From positions 176,080,001 to 176,144,000 of the forward strand of contig NC_135881.1 in NCBI RefSeq assembly GCF_964194155.1: a stretch of 64,000 nucleotides of DNA, written 5' to 3'. Below, piece after piece: positions 52,286-64,000 of this stretch; positions within the stretch are counted from its first letter, which is position 1; every line of letters starts with the position of its first letter. A program made the position numbers and the translations under genes. The notes beneath the pieces were generated by a model. The model was given only the letters and a program-made list of their open reading frames with translations, had not been told where the DNA came from and did no database searches. This stretch comes from Cetorhinus maximus (taxonomy: Eukaryota).

Positions 52286-52423
52286 TGGATGCAGGGGCTG
52301 CAGAGGGAGCGATACTCCTGTCCTGCAGGGGGCGGTGTCCTCTCCCCCACTGCCCCATTGGCTGGACCCACGGAGGAGGCGGGGTCACTCTCGCCGCTTC
52401 CCCGATCTGGGCCGTTAAAGACG

Positions 52424-52708
52424 ATGTTGCGGCGGCTGCACGGCGGGTTTTGGGCGCTGGGAGCTGCCGCCGGTCCCTGCTCGGCCCCACGGTTTTATTC
52501 GAGCCGGCTGGGCTCCGAGCTGCTGCGCTCGCAGGCCTACATCGGTGGCCGCTGGCTAGACGCCGATGGCAGGGCTCAGTTCCCGGTGCTGGACCCGGCG
52601 AGCGGGCAGCAGTTGACGGCAGTGGCGGATTGCGGCCCGCAGGAGGCCAGGGAGGCGGTGAGAGCGGCTCACAGCAGCTTGGCGAGCTGGAAGGCGGCTA
52701 CCAGCAAG
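52424..52708 (+). CDS. ALDH5A1: Succinate-semialdehyde dehydrogenase (mitochondrial), exon 1
   Basis: Presequence-like MLRRLHGG..., then LLRSQAYIGGRW..FPVLDPASG..VADCG..AVRAA..W; donor AAG|GTGAGG; CpG island. Confidence 0.93.
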
Positions 52709-52894
52709 GTGAGGCCGGGGAAGGCGGGCAGCTGACAGCGGCACACGGCTGAGGTGACAGTGGGTCTCTCCCCCCTCCCCCCCAAACCAAACACACTGTC
52801 CGCTCCCCATCTCCTCCCCCCTCACGCTCTTCCTATTCCCCCCCCCCCCGGCCTGCCCCTCGCCATCATCCCTGGTCTCCCCGGCTCCCTCTTT

Positions 52895-54320
52895 TACCCC
52901 CCCCCAAACCAGTCTGTCCCTCCCCCCCCCCCCCCCACCAAACCAGTCTGTGTCTCTCTGCCCCCCCACCCCAAACCAGTCTGTCCCTCTCCGCCCCCCC
53001 AAACCAGTCTGTCCCTCTCCGCCCCCCCCAAACCAGTCTGTCCCTCTCCGCCCCCCCAAACCAGTCTGTCCCTCTCCGCCCCCCCCAAACCAGTCTGTCC
53101 CTCTCCGCCCCCCCCCCAAACCAGTCTGTCCCTCTCCGCCCCCCCCAAACCAGTCTGTCTCTCTCCGCGCCCCCCCCCCCCCCAAAGCAGTCTGTCTCTC
53201 TCCGCCGCCCCCAAAGCAGTCTGTCTCTCTCCGCCCCCCCCAAAAACCAGTCTGTCTCTCTCCGCTCCCCCCCCCCCAAACCAGTCTGTCTCTCTCCGCT
53301 CCCCCCCCCCAAACCAGTCTGTCTCTCTCCGCCCCCCCCCCCCCCCAAACCAGTCTGTCTCTCTCCGCCCCCCCCCCAAACCAGTCTGTCTCTCTCCGCC
53401 CCCCCCCCCCCAAACCAGTCTGTCTCTCTCCACCCCCCCCCCCCAAACCAGTCTGTCTCTCTCCGCCCCCCCCCCAAACCAGTCTGTCTCTCTCCGCCCC
53501 CCCCAAACCAGTCTGTCTCTCTCCACACCCCCACCCAAACCAGTCTGTCTCTCTCCATTCCGCCCCCCAAACCAGCCTGTCTCTCTCCGTCCCCCCCTTC
53601 TCTCCCCCCCCCCCCCCCAAACCAGTCTGTCCCTCTCCGCCCCCCCCAAAACCAGTCTGTCTCTCTCCGCGCCCCCCCCCCCAAAGCAGTCTGTCTCTCT
53701 CCGCCGCCCCCAAAGCAGTCTGTCTCTCTCCGCCCCCCCCAAAAACCAGTCTGTCTCTCTCTGCCCCCCCAAACCAGTCTGTCTCTCTCCGCCCCCCCCC
53801 CCCAAACCAGTCTGTCTCTCTCCGCCCCCCCCCCCAAACCAGTCTGTCTCTCTCCGCCCCCCCCCCAAACCAGTCTGTCTCTCTCCACCCCCCCCCCCCC
53901 AAACCAGTCTGTCTCTCTCCGCCCCCCCCCCCCAAACCAGTCTGTCTCTCTCCGCCCCCCCCAAACCAGTCTGTCTCTCTCCACACCCCCACCCAAACTA
54001 GTCTGTCTCTCTCCATTCCGCCCCCCAAACCAGCCTGTCTCTCTCCGCCCCCCCCCCAAACCAGTCTGTCTCTCTCCACCCCCCCCCCCCCCAAACCAGT
54101 CTGTCTCTCTCCGCCCCCCCCCCCAAACCAGTCTGTCTCTCTCCGCCCCCCCCAAACCAGTCTGTCTCTCTCCACACCCCCACCCAAACCAGTCTGTCTC
54201 TCTCCATTCCGCCCCCCAAACCAGCCTGTCTCTCTCCGCCCCCCCCTTCTCTCCCCCCCCCCCCCCCCAAACCAGCCTGTCTCTCTCCGCACCGCCCCCC
54301 CAAAACCAGTCTGTCTCCAT
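52895..54320. repeat. C-rich minisatellite, ~45 copies of AAACCAGTCTGTCTCTCTCCG(C)n
   Basis: Directly visible array; unit length ~28-35 bp, varying with the C run. Confidence 0.97.
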
Positions 54321-54426
54321 CCCTTTCTCTACCCTCCTCGGACTCCCCCCTCATCCGTCTCCCTCCCTCCTACCCATGAATGATGTTTTGATCAAGTAGT
54401 TGGATCCAGCTCACTGGAATCTATAT

Positions 54427-55322
54427 TGTTACGATCTCCATGGTGATTGTAAACCAAAATAACCAAATTTACCAAATGGCTCCCAAATTAAGAAATTACC
54501 AGACTAAATTTTATTTTAATGCTTGTCAGAATCAATATAATTTTACCGTAAATTAACAGGCAAATTACAGTTCATACAAACTATAAATTACACATGGAAT
54601 AGCAGATACAACAGAGACTATCTCTCTGATTTTCTATACTGTCCACTCTGCCAGTACAGCCACACTGTATTTTGAAGCAGAATCCCACTCCCTTTCCTTT
54701 AAGGACACAGCTGATTGTCTGCAGGCAACAGCTTCTTTCCTGCGTGCTTCTTTCCAGAACCTTCTCAACTCTCATCTCCAGTCGGATCTACCAGAACTAC
54801 CGTTGCCTTCCTCGCACAGTATGACTAGTTCTCGACACTTAATCATACTGAAATGAAACAGAGGTAGCGGTCCTAAACGTACTTTCTGACCGCTGAGGAA
54901 TCCAGCACTCCTTCTCAACTTTCTGACCGCCTTTCCTCTCCAGGTCTTCTGTATCCTCGTTGCCACACAGCTTCCATATTTTACCTTGTTGGTTCTGTTT
55001 CCAGGTCACATGGGCCAGTATTTCCTATTCTCAAAAGGTTCTAACATCATCTCTTTACAATTGATACAAACCGTTAAGTCCTTTTCAAACATTTTTAAAA
55101 AGCAATTAGATTCCCCAATTATTTAAAGTAATTAAAATTTACTATATTGGCGTCACTGGTCATCACACTTCAATGGGAGTGAGTGTGAGTTTCTCTCTCC
55201 ATGGTAGCCAGATCACATGGGCATGTCTCCAAGTTGAGGTGTTTATCCAGAATTCGCTGTTTTACTTTGTTAGAAGTACATTTCAAAACATAACAGTCTT
55301 GTAGAGTTCAGCATTCATGACA
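54427..55322. mobile_element. Probable solo LTR (896 bp)
   Basis: TGTTACG...CATGACA ends; flanks ATAT and GTAT as a near 4-bp TSD; no ORF. Confidence 0.55.
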
Positions 55323-55434
55323 GTATCCTGTTTAAATTTCTAGAGTTGTTGAAGAAGTAATAGATCAGTTCTCAGCTGGGCATTATACTGTGTGTTTCTG
55401 AATTGATCCTTTTCGGATTCCAATCTTATCCTAT

Positions 55435-55854
55435 CATGGAATGGTTACAGCACAAAAGGAGGCCATTCAGCCCATTGTCCCCATGCCAGCTCTCTGCAAG
55501 ACCAACTCGACTAATCCCACTTCCCTACCTTTTCCTATTAGCAGCTGCAAATCTTTTTTCTTCAGGTAATTATCCAACTCCATAGCAAAAGGCTCAGTTG
55601 TGAATCTGCCTCCACCACACACTTGACTGTGTATTCCAGCTCCTAACTATTCACTGCGTAGAAAAGTTTTTCCTTGTGTCACCTCTGGTTCTGTTGTCAT
55701 TCACCTTAAATCGTTTTCCTCTGGTTTTTGACCCTTGCACCAATGGGAGCAGTTTCTCCCTATCTACTCTGCCCAGACCCCGCATGATTTTGAACACCTC
55801 TATCAAATCTCCTCTCCACCTTCTCATCACTAAGGAGAACAGCTTGGCCAATCT
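55435..55854 (-). mobile_element. CR1 LINE 3' end
   Basis: LFSLVMRRWRGDLIEVFKIMRG...TRG motif plus CR1 3' UTR. Confidence 0.8.
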
Positions 55855-55865
55855 ATTAAACAGCC

Positions 55866-55991
55866 GAAGATAAAAGCAAAATACTGCGGATGCAGGAAAT
55901 CTGAAACAAAAACAAAAATTGCTGGAAAAACTCAGCAGGTCTGACAGCATCTGTGGAGAGGAAGACAGAGTTAATGTTTTGAGTCCGTATG
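55866..55991 (-). mobile_element. Short Penelope-type terminal insertion
   Basis: 11-bp TSD ATTAAACAGCC (55855-55865, 55992-56002); same unit as 13755-13885. Confidence 0.7.
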
Positions 55992-56630
55992 ATTAAACAG
56001 CCTTATTGGGAAGGCCTGCATACAAAATATGGGTTAACAGTTTTGTTATCTGCATCGGAGGACTGTCTAATCCGCAGGAAGCATGGAGAAAATAAGGATA
56101 ATAGACTTGAGGGGGGCGGGTGGGGAAGTAATCTTGATGATTAGGGTGGTTTTGGGGATAGATTTCATGTTTGCAATATACATAACTGATGGGGAGCTAT
56201 GATTTTAAGTCTGAACATAAAAGCCAGTAGTCGGGATTTGTTAAAACTATCTATGGGTTTAAATTTGGAAAATGGACAGAAGAATGCAATAAGGGTAAAA
56301 AGAGGAATGTGGATGTAAAAATGAGTCCAAATAAAGATCAGTAGGATTTGGGGGGGTATACTGTAATGCTTTTATCTAGATTCAGAGGAATGTCAATTCT
56401 AGTTGTGTTAAATCCAGTGTTGAGAGAGATCCAGTTGTGTGCCAAATTCAGGCACTGAGTCAAACTCTAGTCATAGCTTCGATGGTCAATGTGATTAGTC
56501 CCACAAAGGTTGGAGAGTGAATTTTGAAGCTGGGATTGGTAATCACATCCCATAGTATGATTATGTTTGTCCTGTGTTCCACTCTACTGTATATCTTTCA
56601 ATTTGCCATTTTTGATATTTCCATTTTCAG

Positions 56631-56714
56631 GAGCGAAGCAATTTATTAAGAAAATGGTATGACTTGATGCTAAAAAACAAAGATGAGCTTGCAAGGCTAA
56701 TTACTGCTGAAAAT
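56631..56714 (+). CDS. ALDH5A1: ALDH5A1 exon 2 (84 nt)
   Basis: ttcag| [28 protein letters not shown] |gtaagt. Confidence 0.96.
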
Positions 56715-56741
56715 GTAAGTAAAACACCAGTGTGAGTAATT

Positions 56742-59536
56742 AGAACAAAGAAAAGTACAGCACAGGAACAGGCCCTTCAGCCCTCCAAGCCTGCGCCGAT
56801 CATATTGCCCGTCAACTAAAATATTTGCACTTTCGGGGTCCGTATCCTTCTATTCCCATCCTATTCATGTATTTGTCAAGCTGCTGCTTAAACACCACTA
56901 TCGTACCTGCTTCCACCGCCTCCTCTGGCAGTGAATTCCAGACACTCACTACCCTCTGCGTAAAAAACTTGCCCCGCACATCTCCCCTATAGTTTTCTCC
57001 TCTCACCTTAAATCTATGTCCCCTAGTAAATGACTCTTTCACCCTGGGAAAAAGCTTCTGACTATCTACTCTGTCCATGCCACTCATAATTTTGTAAACT
57101 TTTATCAAGTCGCCCCTCAATCTCTGTCGCTCTAGTGAGAACAATCCGAGTTTCTCCAACCTCTCCTCATAGCTAATAACCTCCAGACCAGGCAGCATCC
57201 TGGTAAACCTCCTCTGCACCCTCTCCAACACCTCCATATTCTTCTGGTAATGCGGCGACCAGAATTGCACGCAATATTCCAAGTGTGGCCTAACCAAGGT
57301 TCTATACAGCTGCAGCATGACTTCCCAGCTTTTATACTCAATACCACTGCCAATGAAGGCAAGCATGCCATATGCCTTCCTAACTACCTTATCCACCTGT
57401 GTTGCCACTTTCAGTGACCTGTGGACCTGTACACCCAGGTCCCTCTGCCCGTCAATGCACTTAAGGTTCTGCCATTTACTGTATAATTCCTGCCTGTATT
57501 AGACCTTCCAAAATGCATTACCTCGCATTTGTCCGGATTAAACTCCATCTGCCATTTCTCCGCCCAAGTCTCCAACCAGTCTATATCCCATTGTATCCTT
57601 TGACAATCCTCTTCACTATCTGCAACTCCTCCAACCTTAGTGTCGTCTGCAAACTTACTAATTAGCCCAGTTACATTTTCCTCTAAATCATTTATGTATA
57701 CTACAAACAGCAAAAGTCCCAGCACTGATCCCTGCGGAACTCCACTTGTCACAGCTCTCCATTCAGAAAAGCACCCTTCCACTGCTACCCTCTGTTTTCT
57801 ATGACCAAGCCAATTCTGTATCCATCTTGCCAGCTCACCTCTGATCCCGTGCGACTTTACCTTCTGTACCAGTCTGCCATGAGGGACCTTGTCAAAGGCC
57901 TTACTGAAATCCATGTATATAACATCCACTGCCCTTCCATCATCGATCATCTTTGTCACTTCCTCGAAAAACTCGATCAAGTTAGTGAGACACGACCTCC
58001 CCTTCACAAAACCATGCTGCCTCTCACTAATACACCCATTTGCTTCCAAATGGTAGTAAATCCTGTCACGAAGAATCTTCTCCAATAATTTCCCTACCAC
58101 TGACATAAGGCTCACCGGCCTGTAATTTCCTGGATTATCCCTGCTACCCTTCTTAAACAATGGAACAACATTGGCCATTCTCCAGTCCTCTGGGACCCCA
58201 CCCATAGCCAGTGAGGATACAAAGATTTCTGTCAAGGCCCCAGCAATCTCCTCCCTTGCCTCCCTCAGTACTCTAGGGTAGATCCCATCTGGCCCTGGGG
58301 ACTTATCCACCTTAATATTCTTCAAGACACCTAACACCTTTTTTGATCTCAACATGATCCAGGCTATCTGTGTGGCTCCACACACAGATTCTGTCCCTGA
58401 GTGGGCCTACCCTTTCCCTGGCTACCCTCTTGCTTTTTACATATGTATAAAAGGCCTTGGGATTTTCCTTAATCCTGGTTGCTAGTGACTTTTCATGACC
58501 CCTTTTAGCCCTCCTGACTCCTTGCTTAAGTTTCTTCCTACTTTCTTTGTATTCGCCACGGGCTTCATCTGTTCCCAGCCTTTTAGCCCTTACGAATGCT
58601 TCCCTTTTCTTTTAGACTAATCTCACAATATCCTTCGTTATCCAAGGTTCCTAAAACTTGCCATGCTTATCCTTCATCCTAGCAGGAACATGCCGGTCCT
58701 GAATTCTTATTGACTGATGTTTGAAAGCCCCCCACATGTCAGTTGTTGATTTGCCCTCAAACATCCGCCTCCAGTCTAGATTCCTCAGTTCCTGCCTAAT
58801 GTTGTTATAATTAGCATTCCCCCAATTAAGCACCTTAACCCGAGGACTCCTGTTATCCTTATCGACCAGTACCTTGAAACTTACTGAATTATGGTCACTT
58901 TTCCCGAAATGCTTCCCTACTGAAACTTCAACCACCTGGCCGGGTTCATTCCCTAATACCAGGTCCAGAATTGCCCCTTCCCTAGTTGGACTATCTACAT
59001 ATTGTCTCAGGAAGCCCTCCTGGATGCACCTTACAAACTCTGCGCCATCCAAACCCCTAGCACTAAGTGATTCCCAGTCAATATAGGGAAAGTTAAAATC
59101 GCCCACCACAACAACCCTATTTTACATCTTTCCAAAATCTGCCTACATAACTGTTCCTCAATCTCCTGCCAGCAATTGGGAGGCCTATAGTAAACCCCCA
59201 ACATTGTGACTGCACCCTTCCTATTCCGGAGCTTTACCCATATTGCCTTGCTGCATGAGCCCACCGAGGTGCCCTCCTGTCGTACAGCTGTGATATTCCC
59301 CTTAACCAGCAGTGCAACTCCCCCACCTCTTCTACATCCTTCTCTATCCTGCCTGAAACATCTAAATCCTGGAATGTTTATCTGCCAATTCTGTCCTTCC
59401 TTCAACCAAGTCTCTGTAATAGCAATAACATCATAGTGCCAAGTACTAATCCAAGCTCTAAGCTCATCTGCCTTGCCTGTTATACTTCTCGCATTGAAAC
59501 AAATGCATTTCAGACCCCCCAAGGCCCACTGTGTTC
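56742..59536 (-). mobile_element. Relatively young CR1 LINE covering most of ORF2 (endonuclease and RT)
   Basis: CFNARSI..DVIAITETWL and GDFNFP (EN); QHGFVKGRSCLTNL, GVPQGSVLG and KFADDTK (RT); 7-bp TSD AGTAATT (56735-56741, 59537-59543); few frameshifts; apparent internal deletion near 58350. Confidence 0.95.
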
Positions 59537-59859
59537 AGTAATTTCTCAATTTATTTCTCTCCTCTTCTCCCTCACTCCCCAAACTTACTGTCCAATTCCA
59601 TCACTTCAGCGAGGTTTTGTTTCCTTTCAAAATCTAGCTTGTCTAGTTTTTTATAAAGAATATTGGAATGACAAAAGGCTTTCTATCTGCCTCCCTCTAT
59701 CTGTGTCTCTCTCAGGTGGCAGCAATTGGAATATTTACATCTTCTGTCAGCAAATCAGGTGAGGGCATTAAAAACTTTGCACTTGCTTTAAAATTGAAAT
59801 TGAGATTTTGTTTTAGAGCCAAAATTGGGGGGAAAATAAATTTTCTGCTTCATATAACA

Positions 59860-60470
59860 GCACTTGTGTGGCACAAATGTCACTTGTCACTTATCAGCCC
59901 AAGCCTGAATGTTGCCCAGGTCTTGCTGCACATGGGCATGGACTGCTTCAGTGTGTGAGGAGTCGCAAATGGTACTGAACATTAGCGAATATTCCCATCT
60001 CTGACCTTATGATGGAGGGAAGGTGATTGATGAAGCAGTTGGAGATGGTTGGGCCTAGGACACTCATCTGAGGAGCTCCTGGGGATGAGATGATTGACCT
60101 GCAACAACCAGAACCATCTTGCTTTCTGCTAGGTATAACTCCAACCACTGTAGAGTTTCAGTTTTGCTCCTTGATGCCGCACTTGTCAAATGTGACCTTG
60201 ATCTCAAGGGCAGTCACTCTCACCTCACCTCTGGAGTTCAGCTTTTTGTCCCTGTTTAGACCAAGGCTGCAATGAGGTTAGGACCAAGTGGTCCTGGCGG
60301 AAGCCAAACTGAGAATCAGCGAACAGTGTAAATGCCGCTTGATAGCACTGTTGATGGTCCCTTCCATCACTTTTCTGATGTTCGAGAGTAGATTGGGGCG
60401 GTAATTCGCAGGATTGGATTTGTCTTTTTTTTGTTTATTCTTTCATGGGATGTGGGCGTCGCTGGCATTA
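59860..60470 (-). mobile_element. CR1-superfamily LINE fragment
   Basis: GAPQMSVLGPTISNCFINHLPSII motif, antiparallel to the copy at 61005. Confidence 0.75.
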
Positions 60471-61004
60471 TCCATCCCTGATACCCTTGAATTGAGTGGC
60501 TTGCTAGGCCATTTCAGAGGGCATTTAAGAGTCAACTATATTGCTGTGGATCTGTAGTCACATCTAGGCCAAACAGAGTAAGGATGGCAGATTTTCTCCC
60601 CTAAAGGTTTTTACAGCAACCGATTATAGTTGTTATGGTCACAATCACTGAGTTTTACATTCCAGCTTTATAGTTAATTGAATTCAAATTCTACCACCTA
60701 CCATGGTGGAATTTGAACTCATATCCCCAGAGCATTAACCTGGGTCTCCAGATTACTAGTCTAGATTACTAGCTGGTCAGAGGCTGGGAATTCTGCAGTG
60801 AGCATCTCTCCTCCCGACTCCCTATTACTGATTCTCCATCTTCCCCTTCTTGTTGCCTGGCTGCAACCCCGATGTAAACTTATTGGATTTTCTGAATCCA
60901 ATCATCGCTTTTCACCAGGTCACTGCGGCTGGGAATGGCAAATCTGTCAAGTTTGGATTGGAGTTGTTGCTTGTAATTTGTATGCTTGCCTGTAATTTGT
61001 ACTT

Positions 61005-62130
61005 CATCACAGCCTTGATCCAAACATGGGTAAACATGCTGAATTTCAGAGGTGAGGTGAGCATGACTGCCCTTGACATCAAGACAGCATTTGACAGTGT
61101 GTGGCATCAAAGAACCCCAATAAAATGGCAATCAGAGGAAATCTCTTCAGTGGTTGGAGTCATTCTTTGTACTAAGTAAGATAAGTTATGTTTGTTGGTT
61201 AATCAGCTCAGCCCCAGAATATCTCTTTAGGAGTTCTTCATGGCAGTGTCCTAAGCCTAGTCATCTCGGTTACTTCACCAATGACTTTCCTTCCACAATA
61301 AGGAAAATAAAGCAGTCTGTCCCCACATGCATTAAGACCTGGACAACATACATGCTTGGGCTGCTAAATGACAAGTAACATTTGAGCCACACAGGTGCCA
61401 GGCAATAACCATTTCCAATGAGAGAGAATCTAACCGCCTCTCTTGACTTTCATCCATCACTAAAGCACACAACATCAACATCCTGGAGGTCACCATTGGC
61501 AAGTGGTGTAACTGGAACAGCCACATAAATACTGTGGCTACAAGAGTAGGTCAGAGGCTGTATACTCTGCCGCAAATCAGTCGTCTCCTGACTCGCCAAA
61601 GCCTTTGCACTATCTACAAGGCAGAAGTCAGTTGTGTACTCAATCTACTTGTCTGGATGTGTGCAGCTCCAACAACATTAAAACTCAACACCATCCAGGA
61701 CAAAGCAGCCCACTTGATTGGCAACACATAGACCGACCACCTTAATGATTTATTCCCTGCACCGCGTTGGCTGCAGTACCATTTACAAGATACAGTGCAG
61801 CAACTCATCAAAGCTTCTTTGACAGCACCTTCCAAATCCATAGGCTCTACCACCTAGAAGAACAATAGCAGCAGATACCTAGGAATACCACCCCCTGCAA
61901 GTGCTCCTCCAAGACACACACCGTCCTGACTTGGAAATGTATAGCCATCCCTTGATCATTGTGTTAAAATCCTGAAATTCCCTACCTACCAGCACTGGGT
62001 ATATCTACACCACTTGAACTACAGCAGTTTCAAGGAAGTGACTCAGCAACACCTTCTCGAAGGCAATTAGGGATGGGCAATAAATGCTGGCCTTGCCAGT
62101 GACGCATGCATCCTGTGAATAAAGAAAAAA
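61005..62130 (+). mobile_element. CR1-superfamily LINE fragment with 3' tail
   Basis: ITALIQTW...ALDIKTAFDSVWH motif and the shared GGCAATTAGGGATGGGCAATAAATGCTGGCC tail. Confidence 0.85.
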
Positions 62131-62788
62131 AGGAACCAGTAGCACAAGCATTTCATGGGCCATAATATGAAAGGACCTGTAAGAGTATCTACACAGTACC
62201 AGAAGAACTGCATTTACATTAATTGGCTGCAGTCTGGCTTGAACTGTACCGGTCATATGTGAGGGTGAATAAACTGAGGTTAATTGGATTTACAAAATGC
62301 CCAGGGGTCCCAATGGACTTGCATACCATGTGGTGTCTAACGTGAATGGTGTGAGATTAACCCTTCCGAATTGACCCTGCCTCTTTCATGTTTAAACCCT
62401 GAATTTGGATTTGTACTCTAGTTTATCATTTATGTGAAGTCCAAATTACTTTGCATTGATAGTAAATGGGGCTACCCGAATATCATTTTGCATCAGTGAC
62501 AAAGTACAATGCTTGGAATATTGATGCATCATTCTTAATACATTATATACATACTTAGACTTGTAGAGCTTTAACTTCAATGTATTTTGTGTTAATACCT
62601 GATCCCTGAACCAGTTTATAATGCTGCATATTAGCTGAATTTAGTTGTTTTTCAATCTAAGCACTACACTACTTCCATACAGATAAGGCTGTGTACCCTC
62701 AATATTCTGCAGTATAAATGTAAATACTTTTATAGTTTTTGCATCTTTTTAATAGCAATCCTAACTGTTGGCAAATTGGCTTCTTTAG

Positions 62789-62959
62789 GGAAAACCACTG
62801 AAGGAATCCTTGAGTGAAACACTGTATGCTGCGTCGTTCTTGGAATGGTTTTCAGAAGAAGCTCGTCGAGTATATGGAGATGTTGTTCCTACTTCTTCCC
62901 CTGACCGTAGGATCTTAATCCTGAAGCAGCCGATAGGAGTAGCATCTATTATAACTCCT
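62789..62959 (+). CDS. ALDH5A1: ALDH5A1 exon 3 (171 nt); gene continues beyond the window
   Basis: ttag| [31 protein letters not shown]...[13 protein letters not shown] |gtgagt. Confidence 0.97.
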
Positions 62960-63479
62960 GTGAGTACTACACATCAACCTGTCTGCAGTGTTATCTCATT
63001 GATGCCTTGGTTGATGAAGAACATATTTATCATATGTTTGGACCCAAGTTTCCTATCCTAAACAGCATGAGCAATTTGCAGTATATGTTGCAGCTGAATT
63101 AAATTAATACCCTACTATTAATGGTAAAGGTTTTAATCCCTGGTAGATTATATTTCTGATGTGTGCTGCAGTCTAGAGGCAAGATGAGTTACTGTTAATC
63201 ACTGCTCCAATGACCATAGTCTTGGGCCTGAGAAACATAAATTAGCTCTGTATACTGAGGAATTTAGGCCAAAACTACATGATTCTACTAGTGGTGGCGT
63301 GACTCACTGGTTGAGATTTCACTGAATGAGAAGGCTGTGGGATCAAGCCCTATTTAGAGACTTGAGCACATAATTGAGCTAGCACAGTATTGACAGAGCG
63401 CTGCATTATCATGAATAACATCTTCTGGACAAGAATTTAAACAGATCCCCTTCTGCCATGTTTAGGCAAATGTTTTGAA

Positions 63480-64000
63480 GAAGAGCAGGCAACGTTAAAT
63501 CGAATGCAAACACTAAAATGTTTGTAAAATGTAAGAGGGTAGCTAGGGAAAATGCTGGACCTGTTATATATAATAAAGGGAAATTTTCATGCAATGGCAG
63601 AGGACAGGGCTAAAGTATTAAATAAATACTTTGTCATTACAAAGGAAGCAGATAATATCAAGGTTACACTATAGAAAAAGAAAATTATAGACACTATCGT
63701 AATAGAGGTTTGTCCTAAAAAGATTAGCATTACTAAAAGTTGGTAATTCACCTGGTCCAAATGGTATGCATCGTAGGTTGTTGGGAGAATCAGAAGCAAA
63801 AGTAGCAGATACATTTGTCACATTCTTTCAGTTCTCAATGGATGCAGCAGTAGTACTGGAGGGCTTGGAGTCTTATATCACTATTCAAGAAAGGCGTGAA
63901 GAGGGATTAGTCGGGAAACTATAGGTCAACCAATCTAACATTGGTGATGGGGAAGTTATTAGAAACCATTACTAAAGCCAAAATAAACCTTCATTTGGAA
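63480..64000 (+). mobile_element. Decayed CR1 LINE fragment running off the window
   Basis: LNKYF, SPGPNGMHRRLL and GNYRS.NLT..GKLLETI-like motifs. Confidence 0.7.

Noticed and set aside
52895-54320. CRISPR-like array of a constant repeat with variable spacers
   Set aside because: The 'spacers' are only C runs, there are no cas genes, and the context is a eukaryotic intron.
52556-54383. ORFs of 356-578 aa (RRETDWFGGG / PKPVCLSPPP repeats)
   Set aside because: Translation of the intronic minisatellite; open on both strands because the unit has no stop codons.

Overview
Vertebrate, repeat-rich genomic DNA. The repeat families (Deu-domain-type SINEs, CR1 LINEs, Penelope termini, Harbinger-type MITEs) look elasmobranch (shark); that assignment is an inference. 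Three genes are recognisable from exon translation and GT-AG boundaries. DCDC2 has its first coding exon on the minus strand (3007-3293) and continues off the left edge. MRS2 is complete on the plus strand (11 exons, 14500-43802, 1320 nt CDS, 439 aa, GMN motif). ALDH5A1 exons 1-3 are on the plus strand from 52424 and continue off the right edge. This matches the human 6p22 order except that GPLD1, which lies between MRS2 and ALDH5A1 in human, is not visible; that ~8.6 kb gap is almost all repeats. The rest is nested mobile elements: a decayed full-length Ty3/Gypsy in MRS2 intron 1 with a MITE and a 28-bp minisatellite inside one LTR, solo LTRs, CR1/L2/Tx1 fragments, and short Penelope-type insertions carrying hammerhead-ribozyme remnants. 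I found no convincing new protein-coding system; the long Pro/Gly ORFs are minisatellite artefacts. Comparisons with human genes and repeat families are from memory, not from a search.
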